A DNA stretch of 64,000 nt from Tubulanus polymorphus (lineage: Eukaryota; Animalia; Nemertea), in the NCBI RefSeq assembly GCF_964204645.1, contig NC_134036.1, positions 868,001 through 932,000 on the forward strand, read 5' to 3'. A program made the translations under genes and the position numbers. Positions 28,201 to 40,716 of this stretch are shown piece after piece. How positions within the stretch are numbered: position 1 is the stretch's first letter; every line of letters begins with the position of its first letter. The notes beneath the pieces were generated by a model. That model was given only the letters and a program-made list of their open reading frames with translations. It was not told where the DNA came from and searched no databases.

Positions 28201-30393
28201 TGAAATACTATTTTAAAATCTTAAATTAATTCATTAAATATATTTCATTATTAATTAATTTTGGAGTTAATTCTGACAGAGAAACTGGAATCTGCATCCA
28301 ATTTATCCGGTTACGTTTGTCTCAATAAGTTAACATTGGTGTTACAGTTCCACAACTGGATCTGGAGTCAAATTTTCATCAAGGAAAAAAGAACCGGGTC
28401 AAGAGCCCAGATTACACTTAAGTCCAAAATGGTCTAAGGTCTAATGTAATTAGAACTTAAATGGTCTTAAGTTAATAGATAGGCTATAGAACCGAAATCA
28501 GCTTTGACTGGTCTGAAGTTGTTTGGTTAGTTATTATCACAGAACCAAGTTGTTAGAAAATGAACTTAGACTGGTCTTAAGTTGTTAGATTGGTTATAGA
28601 GCCAAGTTGTTAGATTGGCTAAAGAACTGAAATGATCTTCAATTGGTCACGAAACCTTAACTGTACAACTGGGTCTAGGTTTAACTATGAAACCGACCCC
28701 TTTAAAGACATATCTTACCGAGTGGCTCAGTTTCGAAGTCGATCAGCACAGTACCGGCGAGAGCGTACGCGATCACCAGCGGAGGAGACGCCAGATAGTT
28801 CGCACGGGTCAACGGATGAATCCTACCCTCGAAATTACGATTACCCGACAACACGCCGCACGCTACCAGATCACCCTGGAAACCGACACAACAATACGAC
28901 GACGATCGATACGTTTAAATATATTCAAACATGGCCGCAGTGAACTATATAAACGGAAGACACAGTACGAACCTTTTCTATGGCGGCAGCGACCGGTTCA
29001 GCGAGCGGACCGCTGTTACCGATACACGTCATACAGCCGTAACCGACGACGTCGAATCCCATTTTCTCGAGGTAGTCGAGAACGCCCGATTGTTTCAGAT
29101 AGTACGTCACTACTCCGCTACCCGGCGACAGACTGGTTTTAATAAACGGATTGATTCGCAATCCGGCTTCGTACGCTTTCTTCGCCAGTAAACCTAAACA
29201 GCAAAACAACCAAATTCAAGAAATTCAGTTTCCTATTTTCGCCATACATTTGTGACGATCACTTTGTTGATTTTTTTTGTTGACTTTTATCCAAAGGATT
29301 TTTTTGTTGACTTTATCCAAATGAAGACTTACAACTTATAAGTAAATTGAATCGGAAAAATAAATAGATAAATGAAGAAATCCCACACTTCGAATTTAAA
29401 ATTATACTATCAAATTTATTATTATGAAACCACAACGTTTCGGCTGTTGACTAACAGCCATCATTAAGTATTTTAAATTCGAAGTGTGGGATTTCTTCAT
29501 TTATAGTCTCCTATTGTTGCAAATTACGCGAAATTAGCCGTCTAAGTCGGCATATTTGTGACAATCACTTCGTAGATTTTTTTTGTTGACTTTATCCAAA
29601 TGACGACTTACAATTTATAAGTAAATTGAAAGTGAAAATTTGAGATGGCTTCACAATAATGCGACGCCTTATCCAAATGATGATGACTTACACTTAGTAA
29701 ATTGACTGACAATTACACAAATTGAGACTCAAAAATAGAGATGACTTCAGTAATGTGACGACTTATCCAAATGACAACTTAGACTTTGTAAATTGAATTC
29801 AAAATACAAATTGGGACTCAAAATTAGAGATGACTTCAGTAATGTGACAACTTAGACTTTGTAAATTTTTGAATTGGAAATATAAATTGGGACTCAAAAT
29901 AAGAGATCGCTTCAGTTATGATACTAACCCGCTCCTAACATCACGGAAGGGTTACTGGTATTCGTGCAGCTCGTTATCGCCGATATGACGACCGCTCCGT
30001 GTTTCATCTTGTACGTCTGCCCTTCAAATTCGAAATCAACGCTCGACGACAGTTTATCCGCGGCAACCGCGAAACCCTGGATAAATAAACAAAACATTCA
30101 CCAGATCAGAAGGACAAACTCTCCCCTAGAGAGAATAGGAAACTCTAACAAATCTGTTACCTTGAATCCTAACTTGTTGTTGAGGCATTGACTGAAATCG
30201 TTTTTCATGTCGGACACGGCGACTTTATCGTGAGGTCGTTTCGGGCCGGAGCAACACGGAACTACCGTCGATAAATCCAGTTCTATCACCTTGGAGATAA
30301 AATACGTACAGGGTTTAATTATTGTCACCAGAAACAAGAATCGACTCCTAAAAGCCACAACTACGGAGGAAGTCATAACTTTATATTATTATC

Positions 30394-30445
<52 letters not shown>

Positions 30446-33400
30446 GTAAAAGTAATAATAATAATAATAGTAGGCATTTATAGACCAAATTTATAGACGT
30501 AATCAGTGCGGTCTACGATAAAGATCTAGCTATGAAACACATTTAAACTACTAGTAAAAGACGTGTTCTTTAAAAAGAAAAGTTTCAAGATGAGATTTAA
30601 GATTTCGTCAATTTCATTACAGTTACGAAGCTTTCCCAAGAGCTTACTCTAAGTAAAAGACGGACACAGAGTCTACTGTGTGTTCAATAAAATCATCACT
30701 TACCTCAGTAAATACAGGATCTTGTTCTGCGTTTGTATAATCCCTGAACATTCCGTTTGCTTTCATGTAAGCTTCGATGTAAGCTATTTTATCTTCGTCG
30801 CGACCTGTAAAAAAAAAAAACACGCTTTAATAAAAGTTCCGGTAAGTACTTCCGCGTCGAAATAGCCGTTTCAATTCATTGAAAACGCATTGTTTTCACG
30901 CGGCTATCCGAACCACGTCGCATTTAGGAAAACTTTTGAGAAAGCACGCGAGCGCGAACTTTTGTTCTCGGACTCACCGGTTTGACGGAGATATTTGATG
31001 CTGACGTCGTCGACGGGGAAATACCCCATTGTTGCTCCGTATTCGGGACTCATGTTTGAAATCGTCGCTCGGTCGGCGATCGATAAAACGGCGACCCCGT
31101 CTCCGAAAAATTCGACGAACTTTCCGACGACGCCGACTTGGCGTAGGTGCTGAAAATATTCAAACGACGTGAATAACTTCACGAATGACAGTTTGGCTTC
31201 AATTTGACTCCTGATTGAATTATAAGATATCGTCAAAGGTTTGTTTTCAAGAGGTTCCTTGTGCCACTCATCACCAGTAAGAACAAGACACCAACAATTT
31301 AAATTCCCTGATGAAATTATAAGATATCCTCAGTGAGAGCTGTTTCTTATCAACAGGCTGTTTCTTGTGTCACTCATCATCAGCAGCAAGAACAACAAAA
31401 CACCAAAACATCCAAATTTAATGAATTTCCATGACTAGTCAGAATTCCCCGATTTTCCCTGCAGGGAAAAGTCGAAAAGTAAATCTGCAATTCCCTGATA
31501 ACGCAGATTTCCTCCTCTGGCACTGGCGAGTGACTCACCTTCGTAATAGTAAGTACGACGTCAGTAGATGTTGCTAATTGCGACAATTTACCGGTGATTT
31601 TATAACCGATAACTTTAGGTAGCACCATACTGATCGACTGACCCAACATAACGGCTTCGGCTTCTATACCACCGACACCTTCAACACACAAAAACAAATC
31701 ATTCTATTCTATTCTACATGACTGTAGTGAACTGATATAAATCTCAGTGTAGAGTTAACGAATAAAAACCAACAGGGTCCAGTTCCACAGTTCTGAGTTA
31801 AGATTTGACTCTGGGTTAAAACATTGAAAATGAACTAACTTTAACTCAGAGTTAACTGTAACTCACGACTGTGGAACTGGGTCCATTAGATTTGTAGTAA
31901 GTTTATTTCCTTCCTAACTTTTTTGTTCCTCTGAAGATGAGGTTTAGTTTTAACTTCAAAACTGTTTCTAGAAATCTACTGTGGCCTTTTATTTGTTAAT
32001 TCTACACGTTTGCAGTGGATCTTGGATTGATGAGAGACCAGTTAAAGACCGATAGCTCAGGGCCCAGTTTCACAAAAAAGTTGAACTCAAATTTCTGATG
32101 TAATCGCCATTGGTTACTTCATGTTTTCGATGAGGACAACAATTCAAACTTAACCGTTTTAGGCTTAAACTTATTTGTGAAACTGGGCCTAGAACATAAT
32201 TCTCTGGCGCGCCTATCAAAAAGAGAATATAACACCAAAGTACACTTACCCCAGCCGACAACTCCGAGACCGTTAATCATGGTAGTGTGCGAGTCGGTGC
32301 CGACCAGACTGTCCGGAAATAACAACCCTTCATCGCTCTCGAATACCACTCTACTCAGATACTCCAGATTCACCTGGTGGACGATACCGGAACCAGGCGG
32401 TACGATTAACATGTTCTTAAACGCGCTCGCGCCCCACTGTCAGAAAAAAAAAAAATAACATCCAATTAAAGATCTCCAGGACTAACTGCAGCCCATATTT
32501 GGAGTGAAGTAATAATCATGCTGCTGAACGAGATGATTTAAGGCTGGTCTTGGTTTGAGGAACCCCTCCAGACCATGACCAAATCGCAGAACTAAGATAG
32601 TTGTTTTTTCTGTGAGGGATTTTCAGAATAAAATAAAATAACATCCAATTAAATATCTCCAGGACCAACTGCAGCCCCATATTTGGAGTGAAGTAATAAT
32701 CATGCTGCTGAATGAGATGATTTAAGGCTGGTCTCGGTTTGAGGAACCCTTCCGGACCACGACCAAATCGCAGCAGAACTAAAAGACGGTTGTTTTTCTG
32801 TGAGGGATTTTCAGAATAAAATTACGAACCTTTAGAAATTTGAATCTCTCGATGTTTCTATCGAATTCCAGCTGTTGATTACGTTTTAACGATTCATTGC
32901 TGAAGAAAACCAAAACGCAAAAACAAAAATAACGACACAGCACACGGATTCTAAAATAATCTACGATTCAGAATCAACGCGAATCGAAACACGTTGTTCA
33001 TCGCGCGGTAGTTCACAGAGGAATACTGGTGGTGCCATCTAGCTGGCAAATATCTGTAAACAACTTTCTAACGCTACCCGTGAAGTAACGAGCAATTAAA
33101 ATGTCAATCAATCGGTTTGTAAATATTAAAATGTCAATCAATCGGTTTGTAAATATTAAAATGTCAATCAATCGGTTTGTAAATTTACAAACGTTTATTA
33201 GAAAATTATATTTACGAAAGACAGCAATGTTTTCACAAACTCAGGTTTAACGTTGTAACCTTGAATACTTCCTGTACTCTTCGTTATATCAATTCTATAA
33301 AATTCAACCCCAATTTTTCACAGATCAGAATTCGAACAGAAGTCTACCGAGCTACGTAAACCGTAAGGAAAATTAGACGAGAAGATACACAATATCCGTG

Positions 33401-36400
33401 TACGATGATGACGAGAGAAATCCCACAATAACGAAGCCAAGATTGAAAAAATTCTATATCAGAATGATTGTATTCGAGGAGCGACGTTTCGGCTAAAAAC
33501 TAAACAGCTAAACAACTAAAAAATAGTACGCCTGATGTTAGCTAACAGTTGTTAGCCGAAATGTCACTCTTCAAATATAATCATTCTGATATAGAATTTT
33601 TCAATCTTGGCTTCGTTATTGTGGGATCTCTCTCGTCTTAAGGACAATAAAAAGCGGAAAATAAATCGATTGTTGAAACCGTTCGACACGGGGTACACAC
33701 CCGGTTAATGGTTGTCTATGATACGGACACAGATCAGCGTCTGCTGTTGTTGCCGTCGGCGACGATGACGATGATGATATTGGAAGACTAGATGATGTGG
33801 AGGTCGTTGCCGTCGACGACGGTTTGGCAGAAGTTGAATTGTTGACGATGTTGCATTTATTGCATTGTTGCCGACATGTGCCGATACTAGCGCCACCACC
33901 AGGATTAGGAGTGAATCGCAATAGACTGCAATAGATAGAGAAATATAGGGGGAAGTGCAGTGCATTCATCTGAGCGCCCAGTGCATTCATCTGAGCGTCA
34001 GTTCCACAGCCCGCCCAGTGCCCGTCGGTTCCACAGCCTGCTCAGTGCTCCTCGGTTCCACAGCCCGCCCAGTGCCCGTCGGTTCCACAGCCAGCCCAGT
34101 GCCCGTCGGTTCCACAGCCCGCCCAGTGCTCCTTGGTTCCACAGCCCGCCCAGTGCTCCTTGGTTCCACAGCCCGCCCAGTGCCCGTCGGTTCCACAGCC
34201 CGCCCAGTGCCCGTCGGTTCCACAGCCCGCCCAGTGCCCGTCGGTTCCACAGCCCGCCCAGTGCCCGTCGGTTCCACAGCCCGCCCAGTGCCCGTCGGTT
34301 CCACAGCCCGCCCAGTGCCCGTCAGTTCCACAGCCCGCCCAGTGCCCGTCGGTTCCACAGCCCGCCCAGTGCCCGTCAGTTCCACAGCCCGCCCAGTGCC
34401 TGTCGGTTCCACAGCCCGCCCAGTGCTCCTTGGTTCCACAGCCCGCCCAGTGCCTGTCGGTTCCACAGCCCGCCCAGTGCTCCTTGGTTCCACAGCCCGC
34501 CCAGTGCCCGTCGGTTCCACAGCCCGCCCTACGCCCGCTGACACCATCAATAATATCAATCCATAAGAAAATGATTGGTTTAGTTGTCAAATCATTTGGA
34601 ATTTTTGTGCTTTTACAATTTGAAACGCTGCAGAAAACCGAAAGATTTGAGAGAACTGAAAGTCAGGGCTCAGATGATCATCAGGAGATTTTAATCAGTT
34701 TTTGTGGACTAGATCACGGTCGAAACCTCATTTTAATCCATTATGTGTCAGAAAACTTTCTACTTCTAAACAAATACTCTGAGTGCTGGGGCTGCACTCG
34801 CTGAAAGGTTGGTTTCGATAACTGGTGGGTAAATACCATACATTAACTATGAACTTTTATAAGTCAACTATCCACTGATTAACTCTAACCAGTTTTTCAG
34901 CAACTGGCCTACGGACTGTGTTACGCAGGAGTTATAAAATTAGGTCATTACAAAATATCTCGAGTTGGAGTCCAAAATTCGTGTTGCATAGTGAAGTCTA
35001 GTGAAGACTAGCAGTGTTGTTCAACCTCACAACTTAAGACCAATTTTAGGATTTAACTCATGACTTATAAACCGGGCCCTACATCCAGTTTCACTGTTGT
35101 GAGTTAGTGTAAACCACAAGTTAAAATCATTTCATTAACGATCAATCAAATCTTAACTCACAACTGTGGAACTGGGGATGCAGTTGGTCAAATGTTGGTT
35201 TGAGTCAGCCAGTGGATAGTTGACATAGTGACAATCTTAAAGTTCATTGTTACAATGGGATCGTTCATTTATTACGTACCAATAAAATTTGAATTTTTCA
35301 ACCCCCCTGTACGCAAAATTGGCCATATTTTCATATAATACATTAAGCATTACAGTACGCAATTGCACTGACCCCTCCCCCCTCCCCTAATGCGTACGTA
35401 ATAAATGAATGACCCCCATGATATTTATTATTTATTCACTGGTTGAAACAACTTTTCAGCAACTGCCGCCCTGAACATCTACTGTAAATATCTGCATTAC
35501 ACGGCAATCAATTAGAGGATTAACGTTGATTAAACAGGACTGACCTGCGAGCTACATCCACCTGCACCGAGTGATCAATAACTAGATCAGCCGGACAAAT
35601 CGGGTTGATTTTCTGCGGGTCACCGCCCAGTGATTTCACGGCATCTCGCATCGCGGCGAAGTCAACCACAGCCGGGACACCCCTAAAAACATGAAACATG
35701 AAAAACATTAAACAACCACAGCCTGGAGCAGCCCTAAAACATGAAAAACATTAAACAACCACAGCCTGGAGCAGCCCTAAAACATGAAAAACATTAAACA
35801 ACCACAGCCTGGAGCAGCCCTAAAACATGAAAAACATTAAACAACCACAGCCTGGAGCAGCCCTAAAAACATGAGAAACATTAAACAACCACAGCCTGGA
35901 GCCGCCCTAAAACATGAAAAACATTAAACAACCACAGCCTGGAGCCGCCCTAAAAACATGAGAAACATTAAACAAACACAGCCGGGAGCAGCCCTAAAAA
36001 CATGAGAAACATTAAACAATCACAGCCTGGAACAGCCCTAAGAACATGAGAAACATTAAACAACCACAGTCGGGAGCAGCCCTAAAAACATGAGAAACAT
36101 TAAACAATCACAGCCTGGAACAGCCCTAAAAACATGAGAAACATTAAACAACCACAGTCGGGAGCAGCCCTAAAGAAACCATAAAACTAACTATCATTCA
36201 ATTGACTTCATTTCTGTAGAGAAAACTTACGTGAAATCCTGCAGTATAACGCGCGACGGGTTAAACGGAATCTCGACGCTGCGATCCTGATTCGTCTGCC
36301 AGTCCAAAATGTTATCCACGTCGCTTTTTTTCACGTGGAATTCATCGCAATTACGGACGGCTGACTCGAGCAGAACCCTGATCGAAAACGGCAGTTTACC

Positions 36401-37345
36401 TGAAAATATCGCGCAGAATCTGTTAACAAGCCCCTGAACAGAGTTAACAGAACTTCAACTTTTTTAATAGCTTTAAAATTTCCTTCATTAATTCAGTTTA
36501 TTCTGAAGCGAAACTGGATTCAAAACCACCCAACTTTATCAATTTTTAATCAGTTAAGTTTCATTAAAATTTCTAACCCACTCTTTTTAAAAATAGAAAA
36601 CTATTTTCATCTGAGTCCTTTTAAAAATTTCGCAATTTTATATTTGACCTCTTTTTGCAAAGTAATAAATCAATTTAGGCGAGCGAACAATGAATTTAGT
36701 TACGGAATAAAGATAAACCCTTGACTTACCATATCTCTTATCAGCTAACCGAGTCAGATTATAAAATTTCTGACATTTGTCTTTGACTGTCAGGTCGCTT
36801 ATCAGATAGTTGTAAGGGTTGTCTGAAAAATACAGGCAGATATAATAGCAAGCTTGGGCATAGAACAGTCACCAAACCTGAACCTGAAGTCTGGATTACA
36901 CTCAGTTGTCAGTTAGTTATCAAAATTGCATATTTAATATTATTCTGCCGAGTCTCAGCCTGCCTTGAGTTGAGAATTCTGATCAGGACCTTGCCAAAAG
37001 AAGGTTTAATTTTCGATTTTAAGAACGCAATTGAGAACAACCCACGTATCAGATTCGATCAGCAATAGTTTTTAAGATCGCCAAAAAAATGTTCAATATT
37101 GTACGATACATTTCCGGGTTTCGAACCCGCTTCGACTGACACCGATAGAAAAATTAGCCGCTATTATGGCATCAAAATCACCCTTCCAGTCAGTAACAGA
37201 CCTCGAAACCACCACCAGTGCCTAGCTCTGATAGATATTATTCAGAAATGGCTAATTTCGAAATTTTATGACGATTCGTTCGCAAGTTATAGCACGAAAA
37301 GTGACCAGAATTTAGTGAATTCCTACCTGCTGTCAGAGCCGCCAT
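25252..37345 (-). CDS. ACO1: Cytosolic aconitate hydratase / iron regulatory protein (894 aa, or 969 aa with the optional exon 33701-33925)
   Basis: Exons 37327-37345, 36730-36822, 36231-36399, 35545-35682, [33701-33925], 32830-32899, 32250-32436, 31539-31678, 30978-31149, 30704-30804, 30161-30289, 29929-30076, 28973-29193, 28719-28875, 28055-28179, 27622-27726, 27045-27187, 26347-26494, 26140-26262, 25871-26056, 25252-25362. Motifs [58 protein letters not shown]. Confidence 0.97.
25415..25845. repeat. Degenerate satellite (core aaatccccctatgacatcatcaaattgatg, ~60 bp period); also ~61630-61890 and 62530-62860
   Basis: The core motif recurs in tandem in the last ACO1 intron and in two HR3 introns. 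Confidence 0.85.
30395..30470. repeat. (AAT)n microsatellite
   Basis: Direct inspection. Confidence 0.95.
33701..33925 (-). CDS. Candidate cassette exon of the IRP gene encoding an IRP2-type Cys/Ser-rich insert (75 codons)
   Basis: Acceptor ctattgcag, donor GG/gtgtgt, 225 nt, phase 2-2, no stops. Encodes [25 protein letters not shown]...[12 protein letters not shown]. Confidence 0.85.
33997..34530. repeat. GC-rich minisatellite, 27 bp unit, ~20 copies
   Basis: Unit gttccacagcccgcccagtgcccgtcg. Confidence 0.97.
35175..35471. mobile_element. MITE of the gggg(c)tgcagttg...caactgc(a)gcccc family with a nested ~160 bp MITE (~35257-35417); relatives at 13342-13693, 26692-26820, 34787-34908, 45364-45500, 58450-58577
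   Basis: Inverted termini and shared internal motif aagttcattgttac; the nested element has TIRs cgttcatttattacgtac / gtacgtaataaatgaatg. Confidence 0.65.
35690..36172. repeat. Tandem repeat (~39-40 bp, ~12 copies) derived from the intron/exon junction of ACO1 exon 35545-35682
   Basis: Unit aaacattaaacaaccacagcctggagcagccctaaaacatg resembles the junction sequence caaccacagccgggacacccctaaaaacatg. Confidence 0.92.
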
Positions 37346-37620
37346 GATGAACTTTGTACAAGTCACGAGCGCCGTTTCATTATCTCGCATTACGATAGAT
37401 GGCGAACTCGTCGCCGTGCATATTTACTGACCGGGCCACGGGAACGGACCTGGATCACCGCATCTGTCCATCTAGTGACCGTGCGGGCCGGACAGTCTTA
37501 AAGCGGTTTAACTGACCAGTCCCACACCAATTTTATTGAATGCATCATTTTCACCGACCAACCATGTTAATTGTGCCAGGCCATCCAGTCTCCAAAAAGC
37601 ACAATGCGCGTCAGCCAGAC

Positions 37621-37759
37621 CAGGGGCCGGTTGCATAGTCATGGCTTAGACTTAAGTCTAAGACCAACTTTGTTCTATAGCCAATCTAACAATTTAAGAC
37701 CAGTTTTAAGATTTAAGACCACTTTTGGACTTAAGTCACGACTGTGCAACTGGCCCCTG
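37621..37759. mobile_element. Palindromic MITE
   Basis: caggggccggttgcatagtc...gactgtgcaactggcccctg. Confidence 0.7.
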
Positions 37760-38115
37760 GAGTCTATCCCGCTATATATGACCACGACTAACTTCAAATC
37801 AACTGCCAGGAGAAGAGAAAAAACCCCAAAACAGAATGATTTTCTAAATAAATAAAATTTTATTCTTCTATAGAAAGTATATTCAGTAAAATGATACAAA
37901 AATTCGAATCATTTTAAACATTTAGATAAAAATATATCATTTTAACATTAATAAAAAGACACAGACACCAGGACTAGAATTACCAAATTCTTCAGACAGA
38001 CACCGGAACCAGATGTACCCAATTCCCCAGAAACCGGAACCAGATTTACCCAATTCCTCGGACACCGGGACCAGATTTACCCAATTCCTTAAATATGAAC
38101 AACAGAGATATAAGT

Positions 38116-38888
38116 TCAAACACTGCGTCGTGAATGCGCCATTATCTCCATAGTAACGCGAATAAATTTCATAATAATCGGTATAGTTATCGTCACGACG
38201 ATGTACACGTTGTACGGAACCGGGGGCGTTGTACCGAACGGCCACAAATAGACCCCGCGTCGAGTGGCGTCGCGGAGATGATGTAAACCGATCCCGAGCG
38301 ACGACATCCACGGCAGGTTCATCGCAGTACGAGAACTCAACACTAGCGCCACCACTGGTATCGATTTAGAACTATCGAACAGACGACATTTATCGCGAAA
38401 ACGAAAAAACGGGCGCAATAAACCTAACGCTAGCGCCACCACTGGTATCGACGTCGAACTATGAAACGGACGACCTTTCCTGTGGAAACGTCGCATTTTC
38501 TGAAAGACAAAACTGAAAATTAGAAAAACCATGAAAATCTGTTTAGAAGATTTGATGGTTCTTAAATTCGTACCCGCAGGTCGAAAGTTCCGGTCGTGAG
38601 AACGTGATCTAAATCAGGGATAACTCCGAACAATAACGCCAGCATCGCCTCGACGACAATACTCCGACCGTTTAATTCGAAATTCAAATTATTTGCGACG
38701 ACCGCCATCCACGCAAACGCGGATATCAGACCGTGAGTGACTTCATCGATCAACGCCGCTTCGTACGCGTCGCAATGAGACAACAATAACCGGTCGCCTA
38801 GCAACGCGACAATCAACGTAAAACCTACAAACACGAACGTACCAGGAGTTAAAGTCCGTTTCAATATTTCGGTAAAAATAACTCCCAT
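38116..38888 (-). CDS. TMEM267: Transmembrane protein 267, paralogue A (232 aa)
   Basis: Exons 38574-38888 and 38116-38499. LLGDRLL, DEVTHGLI, IPDLDH, RPFHSS, LPW, HHLRDATRRGVYLWPFGTTPPVPY follow the TMEM267 pattern. Confidence 0.85.
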
Positions 38889-39494
38889 GAGTGACTTGGA
38901 TATGGACCGATAAATACTTTTGGTCGATTAAAATGTATCTGGTAACGTGAAATATGACGCGAGGATGACCAGATTAATGTGCGAACTAACGGCGAGAATG
39001 AACTCAATGGTCAGTGAAGCCAGCCTGTGTAACAGACTGTGCGCTTATCGAACTAAAACATTTTCAACGGTTTTTATAGGTTCATGCGTAGCGACGTGTA
39101 ACAGGCTGTAACCCTGCTATAAATCATAGCGAAATCTTCCGTAATAGGTGTGTAATCCGTAGTGCAGATGTAAAAATCTGTGAGATCCGTTTTTTAATGA
39201 AATGTAACAATCTGCTCTACTGCTGTTACTGTCTGTGATTTGGCTCACTATAACTAAAAAAGTCTGTACGCCTACAATGCGGTGTGTTAATCTTGGAGAA
39301 CCCCTGGCTCCAACACCGTGTCGTTGGTCCATGAAATAATTCCGCGCGACGCAGCGAATTTAGGTCATTTTGTAGACTGCCATTTTGAAAAAAAAACCGA
39401 TTATTTCTGAGACACCGCTGCGCACTAGTCAGCGGAATCAGATGCAGCAACCAGATTTTCCCAACTCCTCAACAATCATTCAGAGATTTTAAGT

Positions 39495-40716
39495 TCAAAC
39501 AATGTCTACACCGCCTCCTCTATTACGTGAATACGCCATTATCTCCATAGTAACGCGAATAAATTTCATAATAATCGGTATAGTTATCGTCACGGCGATG
39601 TACGCGTTGTACGGAACCGGGGGCGTTGTACTGAACGGCCACAAATAGATCCCGCGTCGAGTGGCGTCGCGGAGATGATGTAAACCGATCCCGAGCGACG
39701 ACATCCACGGCAGATTCATCGCAGTACGAGATCTCAACGAGAAATATCTCCGCAATAAACAGAACGCCAGCGCCACCACTGGTATCAACGTCGAACTATG
39801 AAACGGACGACCTTTACCATGAAAACGTCTCATCTTCTGAAATATAAAAATTGAAATTTGAAAAAAAAATGATTATGAAAAGGTGCACCTACATCTACAC
39901 CCCAGTGCGGTGTATGAATCGGTGATGGACTTTGTTAGTACACCGCATAGCAGTGTATTGACGCTATAACTAATTGGTTTATATCTATAATGAAAGATGG
40001 CTGCACTTGTCAAACATAGTCAAATATTAGTAACTAACAATACACCCAGGGTGCGATCTAAGCACTTGTCCGATTGCCCGGGACAAGTATATTCTCATCA
40101 GGGCAAGTAGGTTATCATTATCACTTCTCCCCCGGGCTAGTGCAATTTTATGACACAAAGCTTTTTTCCCACTCGATACAACGGATGATAGTGCCACCAA
40201 TCGGACAGCCTGTGTGGGGCAAGTAGCTTTTGGAGCAAGTGGCTTTCATTCCTTAGATCGCACCCTGTACACCGCACTGCGGTGTAGATGCAATTATTCA
40301 ACACACAGGGGTTGACTTTTAAAAATTATTTCCAGCACTTTCCAGACCAGTAAAACTGTTAGAAGATTTGATGGTTTTCAAATTCGTACCTGCACGTCGA
40401 AAGTTCTGGTCGTGAGAACGTGATCTAAATCAGGGATAACTCCGAACAATAACGCCAGCATCGCCTCGACGACAATACTCCGACCATTAAATTTGAAATT
40501 CAAATTACTTGAGACGACCGCCATCCACGCGAACACGGATATCAGACCGTGAGTGACTTCATCGATCAACGCCGCTTCGTACGCGTCGGCATGAGACAAC
40601 AATAACCGGTCGCCTAGCAACGCGACGATCAACGTCAAACCTACAAACACGAACGTACCAGGAGTTAAAGTCTGTTTCAATATTTCGCTAACCGTTTCTC
40701 CGGTTGAAACGGACAT
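39495..40716 (-). CDS. TMEM267: Transmembrane protein 267, paralogue B (222 aa)
   Basis: Exons 40390-40716 and 39495-39836; same motifs; C-terminus GGGVDIV resembles the canonical TMEM267 tail. Confidence 0.88.
40047..40267. mobile_element. MITE with 16-bp TIR (cagggtgcgatctaag) and TACACC duplication, nested in a piggyBac-like MITE remnant (~39885-40340)
   Basis: Perfect TIRs; tacacc on both sides; the uninterrupted host element is at 59679-59937. Confidence 0.8.

Noticed and set aside
33955-34804. Long ORFs in five frames
   Set aside because: They arise from a stop-free 27-bp minisatellite inside an ACO1 intron.
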